From: Octopus sinensis
Lineage: Eukaryota
Length of the DNA: 64,000 nucleotides
Reading direction: 5' to 3'
Assembly: GCF_006345805.1 (NCBI RefSeq)
Contig: NC_043006.1
Location: 18,414,001 to 18,478,000, forward strand
Of the stretch, positions 13,918-26,370 are shown in pieces. The stretch's first letter is position 1. The number at the start of each line of letters is the position of its first letter. The position numbers and the translations under genes were made by a program. Below the pieces are notes generated by a model. That model had not been told where the DNA came from and did not search any database. It saw nothing but the letters and a program-made list of their open reading frames with translations.

Positions 13918-14045
13918 TGTCTGCTGAAACATATCTCAGAGAATGTTTGTCAATCAGTAATGCTGTACATGGAGAAAAGCACCATAAAACATTGACTGTG
14001 GAGGATGAACTGGTGAGAGTTTTACTAAAGACAAATCGTCGCCAG
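13918..14045 (+). CDS. TTC23: Internal coding exon of TPR protein (TTC23-like): (V)SAETYLRECLSISNAVHGEKHHKTLTVEDELVRVLLKTNRRQ
   Basis: tttgcag acceptor, CAG|gttggt donor, phase 1 to phase 0. The TPR-like helix pair aligns gaplessly to recalled human TTC23 AEQYFQESM...KFLSIQDEF...LQMTGQKE. Confidence 0.75.
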
Positions 14046-14240
14046 GTTGGTAAAATATTAATTTCCTTTTCACAAATACCAGATCGAGTCATCTTAAAAT
14101 ATCAGTAATGATACCAATGCATTAATATTTCTCTAACAAATTATTACAGTTAAATTAAAACATCATATTTAAAGTATTGATTAATGATTATTAAAGATCT
14201 TATTAATTTTTGAAAATATTTTAAAGAATTTAAAATATTA

Positions 14241-14652
14241 CTCTTACTCTTTTACTCTTTTACTTGTTTCAGTCATTTGACTGCGGCCATGCTGGAGCAC
14301 CGCCTTTAGTCGAGCAACTCGACTCCGGGGCTTATTCTTTGTAAGCCCAGTACTTATTCTATCGGTCTCTTTTGCCGAACCACTAAGTGACGGGGACATA
14401 AATACACCAGCATCGGTTGTCAAGCAATGCTAGGGGGACAAACACAGACACACAAACACACACGCACACACATATATATACATATATACGACGGGCTTCT
14501 TTCAGTTTCCGTTTACCAAATTCACTCACAAGGCTTTGGTCGGCCTGAGGCTATAGCAGAAGACACTTGCCCAAGATGCCACGCAGTGGGACTGAACCTG
14601 GAACCATGTGGTTGGTTAGCAAGCTACTTACCACACAGCCACTCCTGCGCCT
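14241..14652 (-). mobile_element. SINE-B
   Basis: Full reverse-complement consensus. Confidence 0.9.
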
Positions 14653-15046
14653 ATTTTTTTATTTTTTTACATTCAGAGTGTGAAAAAAATACGTTGAGAA
14701 TATATCTTTGGCAGAGCAGAGGACTCTGTCAAAGATATATTCCAAATCAATAAAGAACATATTGGATAATTTAGTCTTAAATAAACCACATTTGATGGTT
14801 GCAAATAGAATGTCTTTGATCATAGATCTGCTTAATCCTGAGCTTAACGGCAGCAATAGACTCAGTTATGCCGTCTGTCTACATTCTCTACTATTAATAT
14901 ACTGATACGTTTCATTCTTGAGTCGTTATTCTATGTGAACCACCTAACTGAAGGAATTGAAGAATCACCTCATCATATTTTTGCACATAATGTATATCAA
15001 TTGCCTCTATTGTAAAAGTTTAATCATCTCATCACATCCTTCTCTC

Positions 15047-15323
15047 GCCTGGCCAACCTCGCCTGGCCCCCATGCCGGTGGCACGTAAAAGCACCATCCG
15101 TTCGTGGCCGTTTGCCAGCTCCGTCTGGCACCTGTGCGGGTGGCACGTAAAAAGCACCCGCTACACTCACGGAGTGGTTGGCATTAGGAAGGGCATCCAG
15201 CCGTAGAAACACTGCCAGATCTGACTGGCCTGGTGCAGCCTTCGGGCTCCCCAGACCCCAGTTGAACCATCCAACCCATGCTGTCATGGAAAGCGGACGT
15301 TAAACGATGATGATGATGATGAT
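15047..15323 (+). mobile_element. RTE LINE 3' UTR fragment flanked by a 137-bp direct repeat
   Basis: UTR consensus and (GAT)n tail. Flanks 14910-15046 and 15326-15462 are near-identical. Confidence 0.9.
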
Positions 15324-15500
15324 TTTTTCATTTTCGAGTTGTTATTCTATGTGAACCACCTAACTGAAGGAATTGAAAGATCACCTCATCATATTTTTGC
15401 ACATAATGTATATCAATTGCCTCTATTGTAAAAGCTTAATTATCTCACCACATCCTTCTCTCATTAATGCTAAAATTAATTTCTAACTGATACTTTGCAG

Positions 15501-15650
15501 GAGGCTTTAAAGATACTTCAGTCGGGGATCACCAGGAAGTGCACTGTACATGGTTATTATTCAGAGAAGGTTAGCAATGCCCATAGTCTTATTGCATCAG
15601 TGCATCTAGCAGATGGTGATATTGTTAAAGCTTTGAAATCTCATCAGCAG
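15501..15650 (+). CDS. TTC23: Internal coding exon of TPR protein (TTC23-like): EALKILQSGITRKCTVHGYYSEKVSNAHSLIASVHLADGDIVKALKSHQQ
   Basis: tttgcag acceptor, CAG|gtaaat donor, 150 nt, phase 0 to 0. Continues the gapless match to recalled TTC23 RATSILRESLEAKVEAFGDFSPEVAETYRLLGGADLAQG. Confidence 0.75.
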
Positions 15651-15749
15651 GTAAATGGATTAATATCATTGTAATGAGTTAATTAATTTCCATTAGACAT
15701 CTAGTGGAAGACATGATATAATTAAGTCGTCAATGTTGTTGTTGTTTAA

Positions 15750-15980
15750 GGCGGCGAGCTGGCAGAACGGTTAGCACGCCAGGCGAAATGCGTAGCCGTA
15801 TTTCGTCTGCTGTTACGTTCTGAGTTCAAATTCCGCCGAGGTCGACTTTGCCTTTCATCCTTTCGGGGTCGATAAATTAAGTACCAGTTACTCACTGGGG
15901 TCGATGTAATCGACTTAATCCGTTTGTCTGTCCTTGTTTGCCCCCTCTATGTTTAGCCCCTTGTGGGTGATAAAGAAACA
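15750..15980 (+). mobile_element. SINE-A
   Basis: Full consensus; aatgttgttgtt occurs on both sides. Confidence 0.9.
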
Positions 15981-16321
15981 AATGTTGTTGTTTTTATGTG
16001 TGGCATCATTGCTACTGTTGTCGTCATCATCAAGGGCCATGGATTGACAGGATCATTAGAGCATGAGACAAAAGTGTATTTCAACATTGTGTCTTTGCAT
16101 TCTGGTTTCAAATCCTATCAAAATCAACCTTGCTTTTCATCATTTCAGGATTGATAAATTAAAGTACACCAATCAAGTACTGAGGTCAATACAATTGATT
16201 AGCCTCTTCATTACTTCTTGATATCCAAATTTGTGTCATAGTCGGGCCCCTGGCCTTGCCAGTTCCTATCAAGTCATCCAACCCACACCAAAATGGAAAA
16301 CTGATGCTAAATGTTCATTAT

Positions 16322-16323
16322 TA

Positions 16324-16381
<58 letters not shown>

Positions 16382-16414
16382 TTATTATCATTGTTATTAT
16401 TATTATTATTATCA

Positions 16415-16445
<31 letters not shown>

Positions 16446-16447
16446 CA

Positions 16448-16482
<35 letters not shown>
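16322..16482. repeat. (ATT)n microsatellite
   Basis: Direct reading. Confidence 0.95.
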
Positions 16483-17035
16483 GAGTGAAAGAGCAGTTCA
16501 TGCCATCAAAGTGACACTGGGGTAAAATATACGAAGCCCAATATACCCATCATGACTACCCGTCTGATAAAGGTACACCAGGCACATGCATCACAACCAT
16601 ATGTGCGCGACATGGTGATCTTATATCAAGATAAACAGCACATGACCTTGCAGGTGGGGCCCAGTTAGAATTTTCTTCAGGTTGAGTAGCCCATCCCGCT
16701 CAAACGGTCCCTGAATAAGGGTTGTTTAAGGATGTTGAAAGAACCACCCATGTTTCCAGAGGTGAACTATTCAAACCCCAAAGAATCCCTCTCAACACAT
16801 GGCTATGATGCTCCCCCACTACTTCTGCTCGTGATCAGAGATGCACATATCGTCAGCCACTAAGGGACATGCTCAACTGGTAAGGTCAAACAACTGACAA
16901 GCAAATCTGTGGTATTGAGCAGAATATTTGCTGCTGTAGCCATCTTTTATACCAAGACAAAACAATGACATGATAACACTTCCAATCAGTTAAGATCAGA
17001 AGCCATGAGAGCCACTGCCTGGTACTGCATCAGGG

Positions 17036-17038
<3 letters not shown>
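16483..17038 (-). mobile_element. Unclassified interspersed repeat bracketed by (ATT)n, probably a non-LTR 3' fragment
   Basis: Sharp composition change between two (ATT)n tracts; no ORF recognised. Confidence 0.35.
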
Positions 17039-17069
<31 letters not shown>

Positions 17070-17683
17070 TTCATAATTATCATTGTGAGTTTTTAATCTT
17101 TTGATTTTGTTTTTATTTCTTGCTGAGTGTCCTCCCGAACACTTGGGCATTAAAATAAACACACCAGATTGTTCATTTATGAAGTCAAGTTATGTGAAAA
17201 GAAAAAGAAAAAAAGAAAAATGAAAGAAAAAGGAAAAAGAAAACAAAAAAGAAATTTACATGTGTTGTAATTGTTCTCATAGCGACAATGCTCTTCTTAA
17301 TATATGTGAAAACAAACTTTTGCACTTCTTGCCTGGATAGTAAGCCAAGGATCATTGTCAAATAAGTTTCAGTTACTCTTTTGAGCATTCTTAGTACTCC
17401 TACAATCACTGGTATTGTATATATATATATATACATATATATACATAAGTACTTTTCTACTCCAGGCACAAGGCCTGAAATTTTGAGGGATGTGAGGCAG
17501 TTGATTAGATCGACCCAAGTACTCAACTGGTACCTAATTTATTGACCCCAAAAGAACAAAAGGAAAATTCGACCTCAGCAGAATTTGACAGATGAACTAC
17601 CACTAAGCATTTCACCCAGCATGCTAAAGTTTCTGCCAGCTTGCTGCTTCATATATATATGTATATATATATATGTGTGTGTA

Positions 17684-17742
<59 letters not shown>

Positions 17743-17769
17743 TTGTATATATATATATGTATATATATG

Positions 17770-17808
<39 letters not shown>

Positions 17809-18095
17809 ATAGAGGGCATTATTACACATAAATGCCTCACACTAGGAGGGACAAAGTCATTACTACCAAAAATTATACTAATCATACCCAAATGCAGTTT
17901 TTCAAAGCAAGACATTTAAAAATGAATTATGTTCTGTATCACCGTGATTTCACATACAACTTGCGTCTAATGATCGTCAGCAGAACTGATTCTGAATACA
18001 TCATAAACATTCCATGTGCTTGGCCGGAGTGAGCAGTTGTCTGTTCGTCTCCGCTACGTAAGGTTGGTAGTTTATTTATGATGTATTCAGAATCA

Positions 18096-18151
18096 GTTCT
18101 GCTGACGATCATTAGACGCAAGTTGTATGTGAAATCACGGTGATACAGAAC
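18096..18151 (+). ncRNA. Type I hammerhead ribozyme fold (mirror copy on - strand 17931-17986)
   Basis: Helix I gttctg/cagaac, core CTGACGA, helix II cat/atg with T.T at its base, GAAA, helix III atcac-g-gtgat, AUA cleavage triplet. Confidence 0.7.
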
Positions 18152-18409
18152 ATAATTCATTTTAAATGTCTTGCTTTGAAAAACTGCATTTGGGTATGAT
18201 TAGTATAATTTTTGGTAGTAATGACTTTGTCCCTCCTAGTGTGAGGCATTTATGTGTAATAATGCCCTCTATACAATATAGATATAATTAATTTGTTCAA
18301 AAGAAAAAAATTATTTTCGGATTCTTTTCTTTTATGAGGTTTTCACGCTAGCTACCCGATAATTTCTTGTTAAGATCCTTATTAAGAGATTATCCTTAAT
18401 TGTTAAACT

Positions 18410-18455
<46 letters not shown>

Positions 18456-18480
18456 GTGCGTGTGTGTGTGTGTGTGCGTG

Positions 18481-18512
<32 letters not shown>

Positions 18513-18556
18513 CATATATATATAATATTTATTATATATATATATATATATATATT

Positions 18557-18683
18557 TGGCGTTAGGAAGGGCATCCAGCCGTAGAAACACTGCCAGATCT
18601 GACTGGGCCTGACGAAGCCTTCCAGCTTCGCAGACCCCAGTTGAACCGTCCAACCCATGCTAGCATGGAAAGCGGACGCTAAA

Positions 18684-18730
<47 letters not shown>
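18557..18730 (+). mobile_element. RTE LINE 3' end fragment in (TA)n
   Basis: ttggcgttaggaagggcatccagc ... (gat)n. Confidence 0.85.
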
Positions 18731-18731
<1 letters not shown>

Positions 18732-18761
18732 ATAATATATATATAATATATATATATATAT

Positions 18762-18795
<34 letters not shown>

Positions 18796-19231
18796 ATACA
18801 TATATATATATGTGTGTGTATGTGTATTTAAGCAAAACATTCAAACACTAAGACTTGAAATAAGATGTCTCTACTGTTAATATCATCTGAGGATAAAATA
18901 TTTAAGTTAGTGATATCACCAGCAGAGACATAGGTGGATTACAGGCACAAAAGCATTATTTAGCTATGAATTATAAATTTGCACTAAGTGTAATGATGCT
19001 TAAAAAGCATTAAGTTTAATTCTTAAATTAATCCACCATACATCACCAAGATAACAGAGAAAAACATGTGAGGAAAACGGAAAGAATTAATACTTTTAAC
19101 AGCACAGAATGAAATATTATGCTGTTTAGGAACATCCATATACCCGGGTTACAGCTTTTGGATATTTAATCCTTGAGCCACATCAGTGTGAACTACCCAG
19201 TAAGAATTCACAGCCGTCACTTTGAACTCTG

Positions 19232-20097
19232 ACCTTTGGAAGTATGCTGTGCGTGGGAAGACCCGGCAAGACAAGTGAGACTATAACCTATTTCTTTACT
19301 ACCCACAAGGGGCTAAACGCAGAGATAACAAACAAGGACAGACAAACGGATTATGTCGATTACATCGACACCAGTGTGTAACTGGTACTTAATTTATCGA
19401 CCCCGAAAGGATGAAAGGGAAAGTCGACCTTGGCAGAATTTGAACTCAGAACGTAACGGCAGACGAAATACCGCTAAGCATTTCGCACGGCGTGCTAGCG
19501 TTTCTGCCAGCTCACCGCCTTAGCCAGCTCGCCGCATTAGCCAGCTCACCGCCTATAGTGAGACTATAACCCGTGGCCTCTACCTGGGACTTAGCCAGCC
19601 CACTTATGCATACCTTTCCTTCTTGTGACACAAACCCTACTTGTGAAGACCTGTTGAGGCAAGTGAAAATGAAAATCGAAATTGATCAACATCAATGGAA
19701 ATTACAGCTGTGATACCAGTGCCAATGGCACGTAAGAGAACCATCCAAACGTGGCCATTGCCAGCGCTGCCCCGACTGGCCTTCGTGCCGGTGGCACGTA
19801 AAATACACCATCCGATTGTGGCCATTGCCACCCTCATCTGGCCCCGTGCCGGTGGCACGTAGAAAGCACCATCCGATCGTGGTCGTTTGCCAGCCTCACC
19901 TGGCACCTGTGCAGGTGGCACGTAAAAAGCACCCACTACACTCACGGAGTGGTTGGCGTTAGGGAGGGCATCCAGCTGTAGAAACACTGCTAGATTAGAC
20001 TGGGCCTGGCGCAGCCTTCTGGCTTCCCAGACCCCGGTTGAACCGTCCAACCCATGCTAGCATGGAGAACGGACGTTAAACGATGATGATGATGATG

Positions 20098-20100
<3 letters not shown>
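19232..20100 (+). mobile_element. RTE LINE 3' fragment with nested SINE-A
   Basis: DLWKYAVRGKTRQDK* followed by UTR and (GAT)n. SINE-A 19289-19556 is flanked by TSD agtgagactataacc (19274-19288, 19557-19571). Confidence 0.85.
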
Positions 20101-20128
<28 letters not shown>

Positions 20129-20857
20129 TATATATAAAAAAGTTGAGTTGTGGGGTATCGCACGAGTGGGATTATATATGAAAAAAGGTTTGAAAATGCA
20201 ATTTAAACGATGTTTATTTACTTAACCGGTTCACTCTTTGGTAAAAGATTGTCAAAAGTAACTTTGAATATTATGGGTTCAAAAAAAGTTTTTTACATAA
20301 TTGTCACATTGAATATTATGAATTCAAAAATGTTTTTTATACATAATTGTCACATTACATGTATAAATATAGTATAAAAAAGTTCAATAGTATGATGAGA
20401 ATATTGGAAAAATGGCAGAAAAGAATAAAACAAATATATTATTGGAAATTTGTTGCGTTAATTATTGGTTGTCGCAAATTGTCACATTACATGTATATAT
20501 ATACAGTCTTTGGTAGAAAGGACATGTTAAAGACATAAGGAAGTGTAATAGTTTGGTGAGAAAGCTTGTAATATTGACTTCCTTATGTCTTTAACATGTC
20601 CTTTCTACCAAAGACTGTATATATATACATGTAATGTGACAATTTGCGACAACCAATAATTAACGCAACCAAATTTCCAATAATATATTTGTTATTCTTT
20701 TCTGCCAATTTTTCCAAATATTTCATCATACTATTGAACTTTTTTATACTATATTATACATGTAATGTGACAATTATGTATAAAAAAACATTTTTGAATT
20801 CATATATTCAATGTGACAATTATGTAAAAAACTTTTTTGAACCCATAATATTCAAAG

Positions 20858-20902
20858 TTACTTTTGACAATCTTTTACCAAAGAGTGAAACCGGTTAAGT
20901 AA
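20858..20902 (+). ncRNA. Decayed type I hammerhead fold (mirror copy on - strand 20218-20261)
   Basis: Helix I ttactt/aagtaa, core TTGACAA (two transitions from CTGACGA), helix II tcttt-tacc-aaaga, GAAA, palindromic helix III accggt. Confidence 0.55.
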
Positions 20903-21404
20903 ATAAACATCGTTTAAATTGCATTTTCAAACCTTTTTTCATACACACATATATATATATATATGTGTGTGTGTGTATGTGTATTTAAGCAAAACATTCA
21001 AACACTAAGACTTGAAATAAGATGTCTCTACTGTTAATATCATCTGAGGATAAAATATTCAAATTAGTGATATCACCAGCAGAGACATAGGTGGATTACA
21101 AGCACAAAAGCATTATATAGCTATGAATTATAAATTTGCACTAAGTGTAATGATACTTAAAAAGCATTCAGTTGCTGGAAATATGAGTTTAATTCTTAAA
21201 TTAATCCACCATACATCACCAAGATAACAGAGAAAAACAATATGTGAGGAAAACGGAAAGAATTAATACTTTTAACAGCACAAAATAGAATATTATGCCA
21301 TTTAGGAACATCCATATACCCGGGTTACAGCTTTTGGATATTTAATCCTTGAGCCACATCAGTGTGAACTACCCAGTAAGAATTCACAGCCGTCACTTTG
21401 AACT

Positions 21405-22243
21405 CTGACCTTTGGAAGTATGCTGTGCGTGGGAAGACCCGGCAAGACAAGTGAGACTATAACCTATTTCTTTACTACCCACAAGGGGCTAAACACAGAG
21501 AGGACAAACAAGGACAGACAAATGGATTATGTCGATTACATCGACCCCAGTGCGTAATTGGTACTTAATTTAATGACCCTGAAAGGATGAAAGGTAAAGT
21601 CGACCTCGGCGGAATTTGAACTCAACATAACGGCAGACGAAATACCGCTCAGCATTTCGCCCGTTGTGCTAACGTTTCTGCCTGCCCGCCGCCTATAGTG
21701 AGACTATAACCCGTGGTCTCTACCTGGGATGTAGCCAGCCCACTTATGCATACCTTTCCTTCTTGTGACACAAACCCTACTTGTGAAGACCTGTTGAGGC
21801 AAGTGAAAATGAAAATCAAAATCGATCAACATCAATGGAAATTGTAGCTGTGATACCAGTGCCGATGGCACGTAAGAGAACCATCAGAACGTGGCCATTG
21901 CCAGCGCTGCCCCGACTGGCCTTCGTGCTGGTGGCACGTAAAATACACCATCCGATTGTGGCCATTGCCTCCCTCGTCTGGCCCCGTGCCGGTGGCATGT
22001 AAAAAGCACCATCTGATCGTGGTCGTTTGCCAGCCTCGTCTGGCACCTGTGCAGGTGGCACGTAAAAAGCACCCACTACACTCACGGAGTGGTTGGCGTT
22101 AGGAAGGGCATCCAGCTGTAGAAACACTGCTAGATTAGACTGTGCCTGGCGCAGCCTTCTGGCTTCCCAAACCCCAGTTGAACCGTCCAACCCATGCTAG
22201 CATGGAAAACGGACGTTAAACGATGATGATGATGATGATGATG
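21405..22243 (+). mobile_element. RTE LINE 3' fragment with nested SINE-A (duplicate of 19232-20100)
   Basis: Same structure and same insertion site as the 19232 copy. Confidence 0.85.
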
Positions 22244-22436
22244 TGCGACTGGCTTTGTTTTCACACCAGAAACAGAGCACACGGTGCAGAAAAATTATAA
22301 GCAAAACATTCAAACACCAAGACTTGAAATAAGATGTCTCTACTGTTAATATCATCTGTGGATAAAATTTTTAAATAAATGATATCACCAGCAGAGACAT
22401 AGGTGGATTACAGGCACAATAGCATTATATAGCTAT

Positions 22437-22585
22437 GAGTTGGCGTTAGGAAGGGCATCCAGCCGTAGAAACACTGCCAGATCAGACTGGGCCTGATGCA
22501 GCCTTCTGGCTTCACAGACCCCAGTCGAACCGTCCAACCCATGCTAGCATGGAAAACGGACGCTAAATGATGATGATGATGATGA
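22437..22585 (+). mobile_element. RTE LINE 3' end fragment
   Basis: Consensus tail plus (gat)n. Confidence 0.85.
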
Positions 22586-22620
<35 letters not shown>

Positions 22621-23022
22621 CACACATACACACACATACACACACACACACATACACACACATACACACATACACACACACATACACACACATACACACA
22701 TACACACACACATACACACACATGCACTCACACACACACACACGCATTATACTTAAAGTATAAGAGAATGCTTGGTTGTACGTTGATTATTGTTGAAACA
22801 CTCTATTTTATGTTACAACTGGTTTCATATATGTTTTTTGAATTATATATTCTGTCACAGAATGAAATTTTGAGTATTTTTTTTATCAAGTCTATTGTCT
22901 TGAAAACATTTGAATAGAAATTTTTTTCCTCTAAATTTATAAGCAAAACTGTCATGGTTGCTTCTTAATCACACACTCATTCTCTCTCTCTCTCTCACAG
23001 TATCTGTTTATATTGTTGATAT

Positions 23023-23430
23023 CATCATCATCATTGTTCGACCGTGGTCGAGACAATGGAATTTACCATGCTACGCCAGACTTCACGGTCCATCATAGCA
23101 TTATGGAGGTCCTGTTGCTGGATGCCTGTATCCCTGGAGATTACATCAGGGTAGGATAGTGTGCGCCCTCTGGTATTGCAAGTAGATGGCTTCCAGAGGA
23201 GAAGAGTAGAAATTGCCTCGTTTTCAGCTCTACAACAATGTCCAGCAAACTGGACTCTCTTACCTTTCACAAGAGATGACACAGGTGGTAGTTTCTAATA
23301 TATTTGCATTTTGGTTGGATGATGCTTCCACGAGAGATTTTGAGCTCTCATAAGGAGGCGAGTGTAGGTTCCATCCAACTGCCTCTCAAGCTTCTTTGAT
23401 AACGTCCAGGTTTCTGAGCTATATCGTAGA
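23023..23430 (-). mobile_element. Second RTE-like LINE family, 3' fragment
   Basis: KRVQFAGHCCRAENEAISTLLLW...RGRTLSYPDVISRDTG...MMDREVWRSMV*, followed by (TGA)n. Confidence 0.8.
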
Positions 23431-23679
23431 ATTGGTTCTACACAAATTTTACATATAGTAAAATTGTTGATATAACTGTCATTATTGATTTGTTTTTGAC
23501 TTCAAAGTTAATAATATACATGCCAAAGTGTTGTAAATATATTGTTAATAGATACAGTTCATGGTTTTGCTATTCTAATTCATTCTTTTAAATTTTTTTA
23601 TCAAGGCTAGGACGCTTTGGAAATACTGTTCAACTTTTTGCTTTTGATTCAGTAGAATTTTTGACACATACACATTGTC

Positions 23680-24232
23680 TCTTTCTTAAACACACACACA
23701 CAAACTCCCTCTCACACATATTGCAGCATGCACACACACATGCACTCTCTCTCACTCTCTCTGTTATACAGCATATGCACATACACTCTGTTTTTCTCAT
23801 ATACACATGCGCACACACACACACATACAGCACACACAGAGACTCTGTCTCTGTCACACACATACAGCACTCACACACACACACACACACACAAATACAG
23901 CACTCACACACACTCACTGACATTCTCACATACATACACACTCTCTCACAAACACACACTCTTTCTCACTAATGCACACACACTCACACAGACACACATG
24001 CACACACATACAAACACACATACACACACACCTACACACACACTCTCTCTCTCTCAGTCTATCTCTCTCTTTCATACATCGCTCACACACATGCACACAC
24101 AAATGCACATTCTCTCTCTCTATCTCTCTCTCTCACACACACACAAATACACATTGTCTCTCTCACACACGCACTCATGTGCACATTCCCTATCTCTCTC
24201 TCTCTCTCACACACATACACAAATGCACATTG

Positions 24233-24263
<31 letters not shown>

Positions 24264-24443
24264 AACGCACATTATCTCTCACTCTATTTCTCTCTCACAC
24301 ACACACACAAATACACATTGTCTTTCTCTCACACACACACACACAAATGCACATTCTCTATCTCTCTCTCACACACACACAAATGCACATTCTCTATCTC
24401 TCTCTCTCTCACACACACACACAAACACACATCGTCTCTCTCC

Positions 24444-24479
<36 letters not shown>

Positions 24480-24492
24480 AATACACATTCTT

Positions 24493-24531
<39 letters not shown>

Positions 24532-24540
24532 AATACACAT
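23680..24540. repeat. Compound (CA)n/(CT)n microsatellite with higher-order units
   Basis: Repeating acacaaatgcacatt(ct)n(ca)n units. Confidence 0.9.
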
Positions 24541-24552
24541 GTGTGGGTGATC

Positions 24553-24785
24553 TATTTCTTTACTACCCACAAGCGGCTAAACACAGTGAGGACAAACAAG
24601 GACAGACAAACAGATTAAGTTGATTATATCGACTCCAGTGCGTTACTGGTACTTATTTAATCGATCCCGAAAGGATGAAAGGCAAAGTCGACCTCGGCGG
24701 AATTTGAACTCAGAACGTAACGGCAGACAAAATATGGCTACGCATTTCGCCCGACGTGCTAACGTTTCTGCCAGCTCGCCGCCTT
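24553..24785 (-). mobile_element. SINE-A
   Basis: Full reverse-complement consensus. Confidence 0.9.
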
Positions 24786-25065
24786 ATTTGTGTGGTGATC
24801 ATGTGTGTGTTTCAAGTGAGGGTGGATGGGTATATACATTTATGCACATGTACGTGGGTGTGCGGGCGTGCAGCTGTATGTATGGACATGCATGCTTACG
24901 TGATTACCATGAACAATTTTACTCCCTTACTTTTACCCCCTTACCTTTACCCCCTCCCCTTACTTAGTGGTCATTCTAATAACTCTTTTGTCTTAATAAT
25001 GGTCAATCACACAGTAATTTCCCTTTGTTTTAACGGTCATTTTCATAGCATTTTTTCGATGGCCC

Positions 25066-25127
25066 GATAACTGAAGAGATGCTGGCATGGGTTTCCGCCC
25101 CCAACATCCGAAACTCGGAGTTTTATC
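25066..25127 (+). ncRNA. Type I hammerhead fold (mirror copy on - strand 26214-26274)
   Basis: Helix I gataa/ttatc, core CTGAAGA, helix II gatgctgg/ccaacatc with a bulged C, GAAA, helix III actc-g-gagt, GUU triplet. Confidence 0.65.
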
Positions 25128-25871
25128 ATGGCTACCGAGTAATTTTCACATTTTATATTTACGGATAAATTCCTCTATTTACATAATATTGAGGTCTCTT
25201 TCATTCTTTTGTTGTCTTGCCATTTCTATCAATATATATATATATATATATATATCGCTTTCACCTTTGAAACGTAGAGTAGATGAAACCATAGCGACTA
25301 AAGAAGGGGGTTTTTCTTTGTGTTAATTGTCCTGTACTCTATTTATTTGTTGTTTAAAAAAATGTCCAGTTCCTTGGGTTTGTGTCTATGTATTCGTTTC
25401 TCATTGTGTTCGACGTCGTTTTGGTGTCCTGTACTCATATATGCGTGTATATGTACATGTAGAGGTAGGTACGTACATATATGTTTATATATATGCATAT
25501 GTTTTATTTATTAATATATATATATATTGTTATATTTCGGAATGGTCATTTAGTCAGTTTAGCCAATAAAAACACACGCACTATATATTTGGTGTTATTT
25601 TGCTTCAGTGTTATTTATTTTTTACATTAATCTTAATATTATTTTATTTTTTATTTTTTTTATTTTGGCCAAAATAAGATTAAGATTAATGTAAAAACTA
25701 AATAACACTGAAGCAAAATAACACCAAATATATAGTGCGTGTGTTTTTATTGGCTAAACTGGCAAAATGACCATTCTGAAATATAACAATATCTGTTTCA
25801 ACACACGACTTCACATAAAAAATCTTGCACAACAAATATACAAATGTATATATATATGTATATATATATAT

Positions 25872-26110
25872 ATCATCATCATCATCATCATCATCGTTTA
25901 ACGTCCGTTTTCCATGCTAGCATGTGTTGGACGGTTTTGACTGAGGGCTGACAACCAGATAGCTGCACCAGGCACCAGTCTTGATCTGGCAGAGTTTCTA
26001 CAGCTGGATGCCCTTCCTAATGCCAACCACTCTGAGAGTGTAGTGAGTGGTTTTTATGTGCCACCCGCATGGGGGCCAGTAAGGTGGTACTGGCAATGAC
26101 CTCGCTCGAA
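25872..26110 (-). mobile_element. RTE LINE 3' end fragment
   Basis: (cat)n cgtttaacgtccg... Confidence 0.85.
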
Positions 26111-26370
26111 TCTTTAATACCACAAAAAATTTTGTCTGGTGCTGCTTTACTGATTCTGGCAAGCCCAGAGCTGTATTTATATCACCGGTAATGCTAATGT
26201 ATTCGGTAGCCATGATAAAACTCCGAGTTTCGGATGTTGGGGCGGAAACCCATGCCGGCATCTCTTCAGTTATTGGGCCATCAAAAAAATGCTATGAAAA
26301 TGACCGATAAAACAAAGGGAAATTTCTGTGTGACTGACCATTATTAAGACTATATATATATATAGTCAGT

